Shown here: piece after piece, positions 1 through 10,471 of the stretch | Layout: each line of letters begins with the position of its first letter | Numbering within the stretch: position 1 is the first letter of the stretch | Origin: Cetorhinus maximus | Lineage: Eukaryota | DNA length: 64,000 bases | Assembly: GCF_964194155.1 (NCBI RefSeq) | Contig: NC_135893.1 | Span: 19,778,001 to 19,842,000, forward strand | Direction of reading: 5' to 3' | The notes under the pieces: model-generated | Database searches by the model: none | What the model saw: only the letters and a program-made list of their open reading frames with translations | Told to the model about the DNA's origin: nothing | Made by a program: the position numbers and the translations under genes

Positions 1-195
1 CCTCCCCTACCCCCCACACCCCTCTCCCCTACCCTCTCCTGTCCCCTACCCCCTCCTATCCCCTACCCCCTCCTGTCCCCATCTCCCCTACCCTCTCCCC
101 CTTTCCCCATCCTCTCCCCTACACTCTCCCTTCCTCCTCCACTCTCCCCTTCCTCTATCACCTCCTCGTCTCACCCTTCTACTCCACACCCCCCG
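1..195. repeat. C/T-rich low-complexity tract (CCCTACCC/CCTCT-like), intronic to the PLOD-like gene
   Basis: Near-pure pyrimidine sequence with recurring ccctaccccc/ctctcccct words; G-rich on the - strand. Confidence 0.85.
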
Positions 196-233
196 AGTGT
201 TTCCTTCTATCCCTCCCCAAAGTCGTGGATTAC

Positions 234-351
234 CTTTCGGGACCGGATTTTTCCGAATTTCACTTCTACAATCAGAAAATTGGGACAATAAAATCAGCGT
301 CAGGATCGGCAGGACCAGAAACAGCGAACAAACTCTTGGAGTGCAATCCAT
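234..351 (-). CDS. First coding exon of a secreted/ER protein, probably a PLOD-family procollagen lysyl hydroxylase; gene continues out of the window
   Basis: Strong Kozak GCTGCCATGG at 351. Encodes MDCTPRVCSLFLVLPILTLILLSQFSDCRSEIRKNPVPK, a signal-peptide-like hydrophobic core. Ends in a phase-1 donor AAAG|GTAATC at 234/233. PLOD1/2/3 exon 1 is likewise a signal peptide ending phase 1 (e.g. PLOD3 RDPVNP-E), and PLOD1 is head-to-head with KIAA2013 in human. Paralog not resolvable. Confidence 0.55.
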
Positions 352-454
352 GGCAGCCTCCGCCCTTGCTTCTGCATTCACTCCCTCAGTCCTTTCTTCC
401 CACTTTCCTTGTCAGAACTTAAACTGGGCCCAGAGATACAGCATCGCCTTCTCA

Positions 455-530
455 TAGGGCGACGCGTCACTTTAAACAGACCAGCCTCTCTTCCTAGGCT
501 CATTCCGTTACTGCTCCCAATCACGTACAC
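455..530 (-). promoter_or_regulatory. Candidate proximal promoter motifs of the PLOD-like gene
   Basis: GACGCGTC/TGACGC palindrome ~461-470, CCAAT 517-521, TACGTG (HRE-like, - strand) 522-527, all within ~180 bp of the ATG. Motif match only. Confidence 0.3.
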
Positions 531-589
531 AGACTGAACGGCACACTCTGCACACATGTCGGAAGAGTCCTAATCCTCCGTTCAGTCAA

Positions 590-1960
590 GTGTTGTTGCT
601 CCCGTCACTATCCAGTAATCCCCGGATCAGAGGGAAGCAAAACCAGCTAGTTTTCCTGCTCCTGGTCGTTGTCCGGTGATCCATATGTTAGAGCGAGTGG
701 AAATCAGCCAGGGTTCCTGCTCCCGATTGCTGTCCAATGATCCCTGGACTAATGAGAAAGTCGGACAGACTCCCTGACCCTATTGTCCAGTGACCCTGGG
801 TTAGAGAGAGGGGAAATCAGCCAGGCTTCCTGCTCCTGATCACTGTCTAGTGACCACTGGGTTAGAGAGAGGAGAGAAATCGGTCAGGAATCCTGCTCCT
901 AATCACTGCAGACCAGTGAGCAGATGTAAACTCCCTCTAACCCAGTGGTCACTGGGCAGTGATCAGGGGCCCTGGTTTCCCCTCTGTCTAACTCAGTGGT
1001 CACTGGACAATAATCAGGAGCCCTGGTTTCCCCTCCCTCTAACCCAGTGGTCACTGGACAGTGATCAGGAACCCTGTTTGGTTTCCTCTCTCCCTCTCTA
1101 ACCCAGTGGTCACTGGACAGTGATCAGGAACCTTGGTTTCCCCTCCCTCTAACCCAGTGGTCACTGGACAATGATCAGGAACCCTGGTTTCCCCTCCCTC
1201 TAACCCAGTGGTCACTGGACAGTGGTTTCTCCTTTCTCCTAACTATGCTTCAGTTCTGCCGAAGGGCCGTGAAGGCTCAAAACGTTAACTGATTTCTTCT
1301 CCACCGATGCTGCCAGACCTGCTGAGTTTTTCCAGGTAATTCTGTTTTTGTTTTGGATTTCCAGCATCCGCAGTAGCTTTTAGCTTTTTGTTTTTATCAG
1401 GAGCCTTGGTTGTTTCCACTCTCTCTAACCGAGTGGTCACTGTACAGTGATCAGGAGCCCTGGTTTCCCCTCTCTCTAACTCAGTGGTCACTGAACAGTG
1501 ATCAGAAGCCCTGATTGGTTTCCTCCCTCTAACCCAGTGGTCACTGGACAGTGATCAGGAGCCCTGGTTTCCTCTCCCTCAAACCCAGTGGTCACTGGAC
1601 AGTGATGAGGGGCCCTGGTTTCCCCTCCCTCTAACCCAGTGGTCACTGGACAGTGATAAGGAGCCCTGGTTTCCCCTCCCTCTAACCCAGTGGTCACTGG
1701 ACAGTGATAAGGAGCCCTGGTTGGTTTCCCCTCTGTCTAACCCAGTGGTCACTGGACAGTGATCAGGAGCCCCGGTTTCCCCTCCCTCTAACCCAGTGGT
1801 TACTGGACAGTGATCTAGAGCCCTGGTTTCTCCTCCCTCTAACCGAGTGGTCACTGTACAGTGATCAGGATCCCTGCTTAACTTCCCCTCTGTCTAACCC
1901 TGGAGTCATTGGAAGTGGGAAATCAGCCAGGATTCGTGCTCCTGATCACTGCCCATTGAA
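590..1960. repeat. 51-bp minisatellite (CCCTGGTTTCCCCTCCCTCTAACCCAGTGGTCACTGGACAGTGATCAGGAG) with opposite-orientation diverged units at ~590-915 and ~1915-1955
   Basis: About 15 near-identical head-to-tail units at 931-1905, interrupted at ~1225-1395; reverse-complement-oriented, more diverged units upstream. Confidence 0.9.
1225..1395 (+). mobile_element. Penelope-like element terminal fragment inserted in the minisatellite, with degenerate hammerhead motif (1251-1291)
   Basis: Matches the tail of the Penelope element at 5690-5765 (gatgctgccagacctgctgagtttttccag). CAGTT-CTGCCGA-AGGGCC...GGCTC-AAAAC-GTT-AACTG is a mutated HHR core. Confidence 0.75.
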
Positions 1961-2057
1961 TGAGCAGAATTGCCTTTAGAAATGTACAGTACAAGAGTCA
2001 ACACCCTCAAGAAAGACAACAGCCAAAAGAACCAGTGTCAATGTGGCTCTGAATATA

Positions 2058-5000
2058 AAAGCAAAATACTGTGGATGCTGGAAATCTGAAACAAAAACAA
2101 AAATGCTGGAAAAACTCAGCAGCATCTGTGGAGAAAAAGACAGAGTTAACGTTTCAAATCTGTATGACTCTTCTTCAGAGCTAAAGAGGAGTAAAATTGT
2201 GGTGAAATATATACTGTTTAAGGGGGGGGGGTCGAACAGGTGAAGTTGGATGGAAGGTCAACGATAGGTGGAGGCAAAGGAGAGATTGCCAAAGATGTCA
2301 TAAAGAAAAGGTCAAAGGGGTGGTAGTACTGGCTAAAGGAGATGCTAATGGTGACATTAAGAGTAGAAAGCAGAATGTAATAATAGCCAGACCAGAATAA
2401 GCACTCTGAAAAGAACAACATGAGCAAATGACGGATGGCCCTAGTGGGGGGAGGGGATGGTGGTGGGAAAAAAGATTGAAAATAGGCTTAAAGGTGGGGA
2501 TAAAATAATGAATAAAAATGGAAGTAAAGTTTTAAAATAATAATAAGAATAAAAAAATAAGTAGGAAAAAAATGAGTATTGAAGAAAAGGGGCATAAAAA
2601 AGGGGTGAGGATGGAGGAGAGAGTTCATGATCTGAAGTTGTTGAACTCAATGTTAAGTCCAGAAGGCTGTAAGGTGCCTAATTGGAAGATGAGGTGCTGT
2701 TCTTCCAGTTTGAGTTGAGCTTCACAGGAACATTGCAGCAGGCCAAGGACGGACATGTGGGCATGAGAGCAGGGTGGTGTGTTGAAATGGCAAGTGACAG
2801 GAAGGTTTGGGTCATACTTGCGGATAGACTGAAGGTGTTCCGCAGAACGGTCACCCAATCTGCGTTTGGTCTCTCCAATGTAGAGGAAACCGCATTGGGA
2901 GCAGTGAATGCAGTGAGAGCAGAAAATGCAGTGAGAGAGGAAACTTTGTCTCTTTCTTTCAGGTGCTAAGGAACACAAGCTCCAACAACTCATTGATACC
3001 AACGCCCATCCAGGACCCTTCCCATCTCACTGACCCCATCCTGTTTTATAATCCCAGCCCTTGCCGTGTATTCACCATACCACCTGACCCTCCCTTCTCT
3101 GATGCTGAATGTTCAGTGCTTAGCAAAGGACTCAGTTTCATACCCTTATGCCCTCACCTCAATGAATTCTGGGCTCGGTATGATGCTGAACTTTTCTTCC
3201 GCTGCCTTTGTTTCCGTGCTCACTTCTTTGGACAGGAGTGCTCCCCCTGTTCAAAGGATCCTTTCACCCACCTCCAGTATTCTCCCTCCACCTGGACCCC
3301 TCCCTCTGGCCTCTTACCTGCCCTTGATCTTTTCATTGAGAACTGTCAGCGTGACATCGGCCATCTCAATTTCTCTGTTCCTCTCACCCACTTTAACCTG
3401 TCTCCTTCAGAACTTGCTGCACTCTGTTCTCTCAGGTCCAACTCTGACTTTGTTACCAAACCTGCCGACAAGGGTGGTGCTGTTGTTGTCTGGCGTACTG
3501 ACCTCTACCTCACAGGGGCTGAGCGGCAACTCTCAGACACTTCCTCCTACCTCCCCCTGGACCATGACCCCGCCACCGAACATCAAGCCATTGTTTCCAG
3601 GACTGTCACTGACCTCATCTCCTCTGGAGATCTTCCCTCCACAGCTTCCAACCTCATAGTCTCCCAAACCCGGACAGCCTGCTTCTACCTCCTCCCCAAA
3701 ATCCACGAACAGGACTGTCCTGGTAGACCAATTGTGTCAGCCTGTTCCTGCCCCATGGAACTCATTTCTTCCTATCTTGACTCAGTTCTCTCTCCCCTTG
3801 TCCAGTCTCTTCCCACCTACATCTGCGATTCCTCTACATCATATCAACAATTTCCAGTTCCCTGGCCCTAAACACCTCCTCTTCACCATGGATGTGCAAT
3901 CCCTCAACACCTCCATCCCTTACCAGGATGGTCTGAGGGCTCTCCGTTTCTTCCTTGAACAGAGGCCCGAACAATCCTCATCCACCACCATTCTCCTCCG
4001 TCTGGCTGAACTTGTTCTCTCACTGAACAATTTCTCCTTAAACTTGTCTCTTCCTTCAAATAAAAGGTATGGCTATGGGTACCCATATGGGCCCCAGTTA
4101 TGCCTGTCTCTTTGTGGGGTATGTGGAACATTCCTTGTTCCAGTCCTACTCAGGCCCCTACCCACAACTCTTTTTTCGGTACATCGATGACTGTTTCGGT
4201 GTCGCTTCACGCTCTCATCTGGACCTGGGAAAATTTATCAATTTTGCTTCCAATTTCCACCCCTCCATCACTTTCACATGGTCCATCTCTGACACTTCCC
4301 TTCCCTTCCTTGACGTTTCTGTTTCAATTTCTGGCGATAGACTGTCCGCCAAATTAATTACAAGCCCACCGACTCCCACAGCTACCTCGATTGCAGCTCC
4401 TCACACCCTGCTTCCTGTAAGGATTCCATCCCATTCTCTCAGTTCCTTCGCCTCCGTCGTATCTGTTCTGATGATGCCACTTTCTAAAACAGTGCTTTTG
4501 ACATGTCTTCCTTCATCCTTATCCGAGATTTCCCATCCATGGTGGTTGACAGGGCCCTCAACCGTGTCTGACCCATCTCCCGTGCCTCTGCCCTCACACC
4601 TTCCTCTCCCTCCCAGAACTATGGTAGGGTCCCCCCGTGTCCTCACTTTTCACCCCACCAGCCTCCGCATTCAAAGGATCATTCGCCGCCATTTCCACCA
4701 ACTCCAGCATGATCCCACCACCAGACACAGCTTCCCTTCACCCCCCCTGTCGGCATTCCGTAGGGACCCTTCCCTTCGGGACACCCTAGTCCACTCCTCC
4801 ATCACCCCCAACACCTCAAACCCCTCCCACCACACCTTCCCATGCAATCACAGAAGGTGCAATACCTGCCCCTTTATTTCCCCCCTCCTCACCATCCAAG
4901 GGCCCAAACACTCCTTTCAAGTGAAGCAGCTCTTCACTTGCATTTCCCTCAATTTGGTCTACTGCATTCGCTGCTCCCAATGCGGTCTCCTCTACACTGG

Positions 5001-5767
5001 AGAGACCAAACGCAGACTGGGTGACCGCTTTGCGGAACACCTTCGGTCTGTCTGCAAGCATGACCCAGATCTTCCTGTCGCTTGCCATTTCAACACACCG
5101 TCCTGCTCTCATGCCCACATGTCCGTCCTTGGCCCGCTGCAATGTTCCAGTGAAGCTCAACGCAAACTGGAGGAGCATCACCTCATCTTCCGATTGGACA
5201 CCTTACAGCCTTCCAGACTTAACACTGAGTTCAACAACTTCAAACCATGAACTCTCCTCTCCATCCTTACCCCTTTTTGATCCCCTTTTCTCAACATTCA
5301 TTTTTATTTTTTTTCCACTTATTTTTATTATTATTATTTTAAAAATTTATTTCCATTTTTATTCATTGTTTTATCCCCACCTTTTAGCCTATTTTCGATC
5401 TTTTTTCCCATCACCATCCTCTCCCCCCCCACCCCCACTAGGGCTATCTGTCACTTGCTCCTTGTTCTTTCCAGAGTGCTTACCCTTGTCCGGCTATTAT
5501 CACATTCTGCTTTCTATTCTTAATGTCACCATTAGCACCTCCTTTAGCCAGTAACCATTAACATCTCTTTGATCTTTTGTTTATGACACCCTTTTGCGAT
5601 CTCTCCTTTGTCTCTACCTATAGCTGCCTTCACCTGTTCCAACCCCCTCCCCCTTAAACAGTATAAATTTCACCACATTTTTACTTCTCGAAACGTTAAC
5701 TGTGTCTTTCTTTCCACAAGTGCCATCAGACCTGCAGAGTTTTTCCAGCATTTTTTTGTTTGTGTTT
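2058..5767 (+). mobile_element. Penelope-like retroelement (Neptune-type; RT + GIY-YIG endonuclease), frameshifted, with an inverted copy of its 3' part at the 5' side (2058-2914)
   Basis: RT motifs LSKGLSF, KPADKGGAVVV, FYLLPKIH, GRPIVS, MDVQSL, AMGTHMGPSYA, RYIDD, LPFLDV spread over three frames. CxxxxCxxC knuckle (CNHRRCNTC), then VYCIRCSQCGLLYTGETKRRLGDRFAEH (GIY-YIG). 2058-2914 is the reverse complement of ~4961-5765. Flanks TGGCTCTGAATATA (2044-2057) and TGGCACTGATTATA (5768-5781) form a degenerate 14-bp TSD. Confidence 0.92.
2144..2182 (-). ncRNA. Penelope-type minimal hammerhead ribozyme motif (short stem III)
   Basis: - strand reads AGCT-CTGAAGA-A-GAGTC-ATACA-GATTT-GAAAC-GTT-AACT: CUGANGA and GAAA cores, weakened stem II, palindromic AACGTT. 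Activity untested. Confidence 0.55.
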
Positions 5768-5781
5768 TGGCACTGATTATA

Positions 5782-6060
5782 TTCCGCGGCTGCCCCGGGG
5801 GCCAAGCTCCAAAGCACCACCGCCTCACTTCAATCCCGAACCTGGCCTCACTTCGGATCGTCCCCCGGGGGTGTGGCCATGAGGGGGCGGGGCCGTGTCC
5901 ACGAAGGGTGTGGTCAGTGCCGTGGCAGGGTTGAGGGGGAGGCCCAGCGCTCGGCTGTTTCCGGCTTCTTCGCCGATCCGATGTGTCGCAAAGTAGGCTG
6001 GAAATATAACGACACTTCCGGGTAAATCTCACTGATGACAGCAAATCCAACAGATGGTAG
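5782..6060 (+). promoter_or_regulatory. CpG-rich promoter / probable non-coding first exon of the KIAA2013-like gene
   Basis: Local CpG enrichment, GC box GGGGGCGGGGC ~5883, ETS-like ACTTCCGG ~6015, candidate donors (CGG|GTAAAT ~6021). Pyrimidine tract plus AG at ~7090-7130 upstream of the ATG. Confidence 0.55.
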
Positions 6061-6149
6061 TGTCTTGTGAGGGTGACAGGGGCAGAAATAACATAAGTAA
6101 AATTAGATACAGACCGGAATAGGACTGGGTTACTGAGTCAGGTCATACT

Positions 6150-6845
6150 AATACTGAAAACCAGAGTTAAGAAAGAGAACGCGGATATTGGAAGTACTGA
6201 GCGATGAGAAAGATTGAGAGCAGATCAAGAGAGAAATGCTGGAGAAACAGATAGAAACAGTGAAACATTGATGGCAACAGAGATGGAGATAAATTGAAAG
6301 AAGGAGACAGAGGGGGAAGAGAGTGAGAGAGGGACAGATAGAGAGAGGGACAGATAGTGGGGGGAGAGAGAGAGACAGGGACAGTAAGAGGGACAGATAG
6401 GGGGAAGAGAAAGAGAGGGGGGCAGACAGAGGGGGAGAGAAAGAGAGGGGGACATAGAGGGGGTAAGAGTGAGGGAGGGACAGGCAGTGGGGGTGAGAGT
6501 GAGGGAGGGACAAGCAGAAGGGACAAGAGTGAGGAGGGGACAGATAGAAGGGGTGAGAGTCAGGGAGGGAGTGACAGACAGAGGAAGAGGGAGGGAGGAA
6601 GGGACAGACAGGAGGAGAGAGGGAGTGAAGGAGGGACAGAGGGAGAGAGTGAGTGAAGGAGGGACAGACGGGAAGACAGGGAGGGACAGACGGGGTGGAG
6701 CAAGATAGTGAGGGAAAGAGAGGAAAACTGACAAAGACAGGGAGGGACAGAGATAGAGGAAGGGAGAGTCAGACAGACAGAAGGGAGAAGAGAGTGAGAG
6801 GGGGGCGAAGAGAGTGAGAGCAGAACAGAGAATGACAGAGAGACT
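6150..6845. repeat. Purine-rich (GA/GGGACAGA) low-complexity tract
   Basis: Almost only G/A with recurring gagggacaga/gagagtgagg words; gives spurious SLP-rich and REG-rich ORFs. Confidence 0.85.
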
Positions 6846-7235
6846 GCAGTTATTGGGAAGAGGGTGATAGATCAGGACTTAAAATCACTGAGTGTAGGTG
6901 ATGGAAAGCTTGTCGTCTTGTAACTACTAGTCCAGAAAAACAATTACTTTGAATTAAACAGTTTAAAAGAGAATAAAGGGGCACTGAAGGTAAAATTATA
7001 GGGTTGCCCTTGTAAATAGTACAATTGGCATATTGTGGAGTGAGGGTACAATTAGAATTTAAGATAGAAAGACAAAGTTTTGTTGATGTGTTTTTCTCCT
7101 GTGCTGTTGCCCTCTCCCGAGAGCTGACAGAAAGGGAAGTACTAGACAGAAACTGAGAAGCACTGCAGGACCAATTGACATTTTAATTAGAAGCTGGAAG
7201 AGAAAGAACGAAGAGAAGGAGCCAGTGCCCAGAGG

Positions 7236-8205
7236 ATGTGGCTGCAGCAGCGTTTGAAGGGGTTACCAATGCTGCTGTCCAGCAGCTGGGCCAGGAGAAT
7301 GCTGGCAGGCCTGGGTATCCTGCTGATCTTTTACTGGTACCTGGCATCAGAAGGCGGGTTCAGGCTGTTCCCTGGCTCTGAGGACCCCAGGACAGTGACA
7401 GATGGTTGTCTTCAGGTAGAGACCCAACGATGGAAGCTAGCTATAGAAAACAGCAATGGCCTAATGAGTCAGATTGGTGGAGACAGCTCAGGTCAGTTAT
7501 CTGGCCCAGCTGTGGTTGGCAATGGTCATCTGGTCGTGGACGCTCTCTCCAATCAGCTTTGGGTGGCATCATCTCCTGCCTCGGGCCTCGCTGCCATTCA
7601 CCTGACAGACTATGTGCCACTGGTAGCTCTGAAATCACTCAGTGTTCGTTCAGTGTCTAGAGCTGCTCTCATCCACTTCCAGGAGGGTTTGGTTCGGTTG
7701 TTCCAGTGTATACAGGTCGGATTGTCCCACAAGTCCCGGGAGTGTGTCACTCTTCGTGAAGATGTGATCGTGCATCGGAGCAGGCCCCACCTCATACTGC
7801 AGAGGATTCACATCTCCAACCCCAGTGATAGGGCGACAGTCTTCGAAGTCAACAGCAAGCCGTCCATTGTTGGAAGCAAATTCTCCTCCAGTCTGGAGAA
7901 ACACAATGACCAGGAATTTCTTCTCTTATCGGGGAGAGTTCTGACAGAGAAAAGGGAGACCATTCTAGTAGTGGTAGCCACTGAGAAAATGGCAACCAGG
8001 CTGCACTTAGCCGCGAAGTCTGAATTCACTGAACATGTGGTGTCAGTGGTTTATACACTCGAACTATTGGACTTAACAAAGTTAGAAGAATCTTTCAGTA
8101 AGCTGAGAGATGTGGCAAAAGCAGAAATGTCCGAACTGCTGAGGATGGGAGCAGAAGAACTGTACCGTGAACATCAGAAGGTGTGGGGTGATTTAATAGT
8201 CTCAG
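7236..8205 (+). CDS. KIAA2013: KIAA2013-family (DUF2152) membrane protein, coding exon 1; join(7236..8205,9612..10471) = 609 aa
   Basis: N-terminus MWLQQRLKGLPMLLSSSWARR is near-identical to vertebrate KIAA2013. N-terminal TM, VVGNGHL and HRSRPHL motifs. Phase-1 donor TCAG|GTAAGC at 8205. Confidence 0.92.
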
Positions 8206-9224
8206 GTAAGCAACAAAGTGTGGATAAGATTGGGCTTCACTGTGACCTTTCTAATTCAATAACCTGCTGACAAGTGCTGTCTAGTCTTGTGTAGACCAGC
8301 TATTGTGCCCCTAGAAAAGAGGGTCAATGCTCGTGAGAAAAGGGCCAGAGACACCAGTATGTGACACCAGCTTTCCTCCTTCTGTAATCTGATTTATATT
8401 TATTTTCTGCAGAAATATGGTTCATTTAGGTATTATAATAACAGAAAGGTGACCTGAAGCATTAACTCTTTTTCTCTTTCTACAGATGCTGCTTGATCTG
8501 CTGAGTGTTTCCAGTGTTTTCTGTTTTTATTTCAGATTTCTAGCATCTATAGCATTTTGTTTTTGTTTCATATTGTTTTGTTTGAAGGTGAGTTGAAATT
8601 GGGGTTTTGCTCAACTTCTGCTGAATGTTGTATCCATCCTCCAGTAACAAGTTGGAATAATATGCAATATTTAGTGCTCTGACATTTTGTGGTGAACCGA
8701 CACATGGGGCCTGAGCTGGGATCAGTTAAATGAGCCAAAGACATGTTTGGTGTAGAGGCTTGGTGCTAGTCAGGGAACTTGCTTCTGAGACTCTGGAAAA
8801 GAGTTACTCTCAACACCCCACCAGCCCCCAAGACAGCTTCCAACACCATCTGCAGCTGCTCCTTCCCTGAGGTGCTGTTATGTGGTTTGTAATTGTTCCC
8901 CCTTTTTGATGCTTGACCATTTCCATTTGGTAAGAGGCTGAGTCTTTCCCAGTGAGTAAATGTCCCTTCAGTTACATTCACAGGCTGGGGGGCTTGGCCA
9001 TTCACCTCCTGCTCTGTGTTGACCCAGGCTCCCAGCTGCCATGCAGGGTGTTGAGATAATTCCACTGCTCTAAGTATCCATGTCAGTATTACTGTGGTGC
9101 CTGTGCAGTTAAATAGCTCCCTCCACTTGAGCACTGATTGTGGGGAGGGGAGAACAGGAACTGACGTGAAACCTGAATAGCTGCCCAATGCCATGCAGTA
9201 GTAGAACTCGTGATCGTGGCATCT

Positions 9225-9490
9225 TCCAGCAACCTCCCTCCCATTCTCTTCCTCTCAGCCCACCCCCCTCTTACTCCTGCCTTTCTCCTACCCCTTCATC
9301 CACTCCTGCCCTCCTTTTGCTTCTGCCTCCCTCTTGCTCACCACTTGCTCTTGATGCCTTCATCCCTCTGTTCAACCCCACCCTCCTGTCACACCCCACT
9401 CCCCCTCCTTTCACTTGCACTCCCCTCTGACTCCTGTATTCCTTTCTCACTTCCCTCTTCCTCTTCTCTTGCTACCTCCCTTGCTTGGTC
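9225..9490. repeat. CT-rich low-complexity intronic tract
   Basis: Pyrimidine-dominated sequence in the KIAA2013-like intron. Confidence 0.7.
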
Positions 9491-9611
9491 TGGGCTATAC
9501 CGACCAGAGGCACTATTCCTGTGTGTTGGTTCCTCATGTGGCGTGGGGCTGGTGGGATGAGAGTGAAGCTTGCTTAATGTCCCTGCTGTGAGCTGCCTCT
9601 TTCTGTTCCAG

Positions 9612-10471
9612 GTGTGGAGATGAAGAAGATCACAGATTCGCACACCCCTTCCAGCGTGACAGTGAACAGAACACTCTTCTACGTTCTTTCCATATCAGCG
9701 GCTCCTCTCCTGGATCTGCAGAGTGGGCCTGAAGAACGAGAGAAGCTGGAGGCCAACCTGAATTATGTGGATCATTGTTTCAGTGGTCACGCCACGATGC
9801 ATGCAGAGAACCTATGGCCCGAGCAGATTTCTGATGTTGCTCACTTGCTACAGCTCTCCAATCTTTGGAGACTCACACTGCAGAAACGAGGCTGCAAAAG
9901 CTTGGTGGCAGCTGGATCACACGGTATGCTCCAAGGGATGGTGATGAGTTTTGGTGGCCTCCAGTTTACTGAAAACCACCTACAGTTCCAGGCTGATCCC
10001 TCTGTCCTGCACAACAGCTACTTGCTGCGAGGGATTCATTACAACAAGGATCTCATCAACCTGGCAGTGTTACTGGATGAAGAAAACAAGCCTTTTCTCC
10101 ATGTCTCCGTCAAACCTCAGGACAAACCGGTCAAACTCTATGGCTGTGAGGCAGGTTGCATGAATGACCCGGTGGAACTGACCTCCGAACCTAAAGGTCA
10201 CACGTTTCCTGTCATGGTGACACGGCCCATTACCCCCTTGCTCTACATCTCGACTGACCTGACTCACCTGCAGGCACTGCGGCACACACTCCACCTGAAG
10301 GCAATCCTTGCTCACGAGGATCACATGGCTGAACAGTACCCTGGCCTCCCCTTCCTCTTCTGGTTCAGTGTGGCATCACTCATCACCTTGTTCCATCTCT
10401 TCCTATTCAAACTCATCTACAATGAATACTGCGGTCCGGGTGCCAAGCCCATATTTAGGAGTAAGGTATAA
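9612..10471 (+). CDS. KIAA2013: KIAA2013-family protein, coding exon 2
   Basis: Acceptor ttctgttccag|GT restores G-VEMKKITDSHTPS. Conserved DHCFSGHATMHAENLWP, SFGGLQFTENHLQF and LPFLFWFSVASLITLFHLFLFKLIYNEYCGPGAKP (C-terminal TM). Stop TAA at 10469-10471. Confidence 0.93.

Noticed and set aside
931-1905. CRISPR-like array, or repeat-protein ORFs (TTGLEGGETRAPDHCPV)n
   Set aside because: Units are contiguous with no unique spacers, there are no cas genes, and the context is eukaryotic. The ORFs arise only because the 51-bp unit is a multiple of 3.
2963-5250. Active or domesticated RT-endonuclease gene
   Set aside because: Multiple frameshifts split RT and GIY-YIG across frames; a decayed Penelope copy.
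6148-6734. Several 100-170-aa ORFs (SLP-rich / REG-rich)
   Set aside because: Artefacts of a GA-rich low-complexity tract lacking stops.
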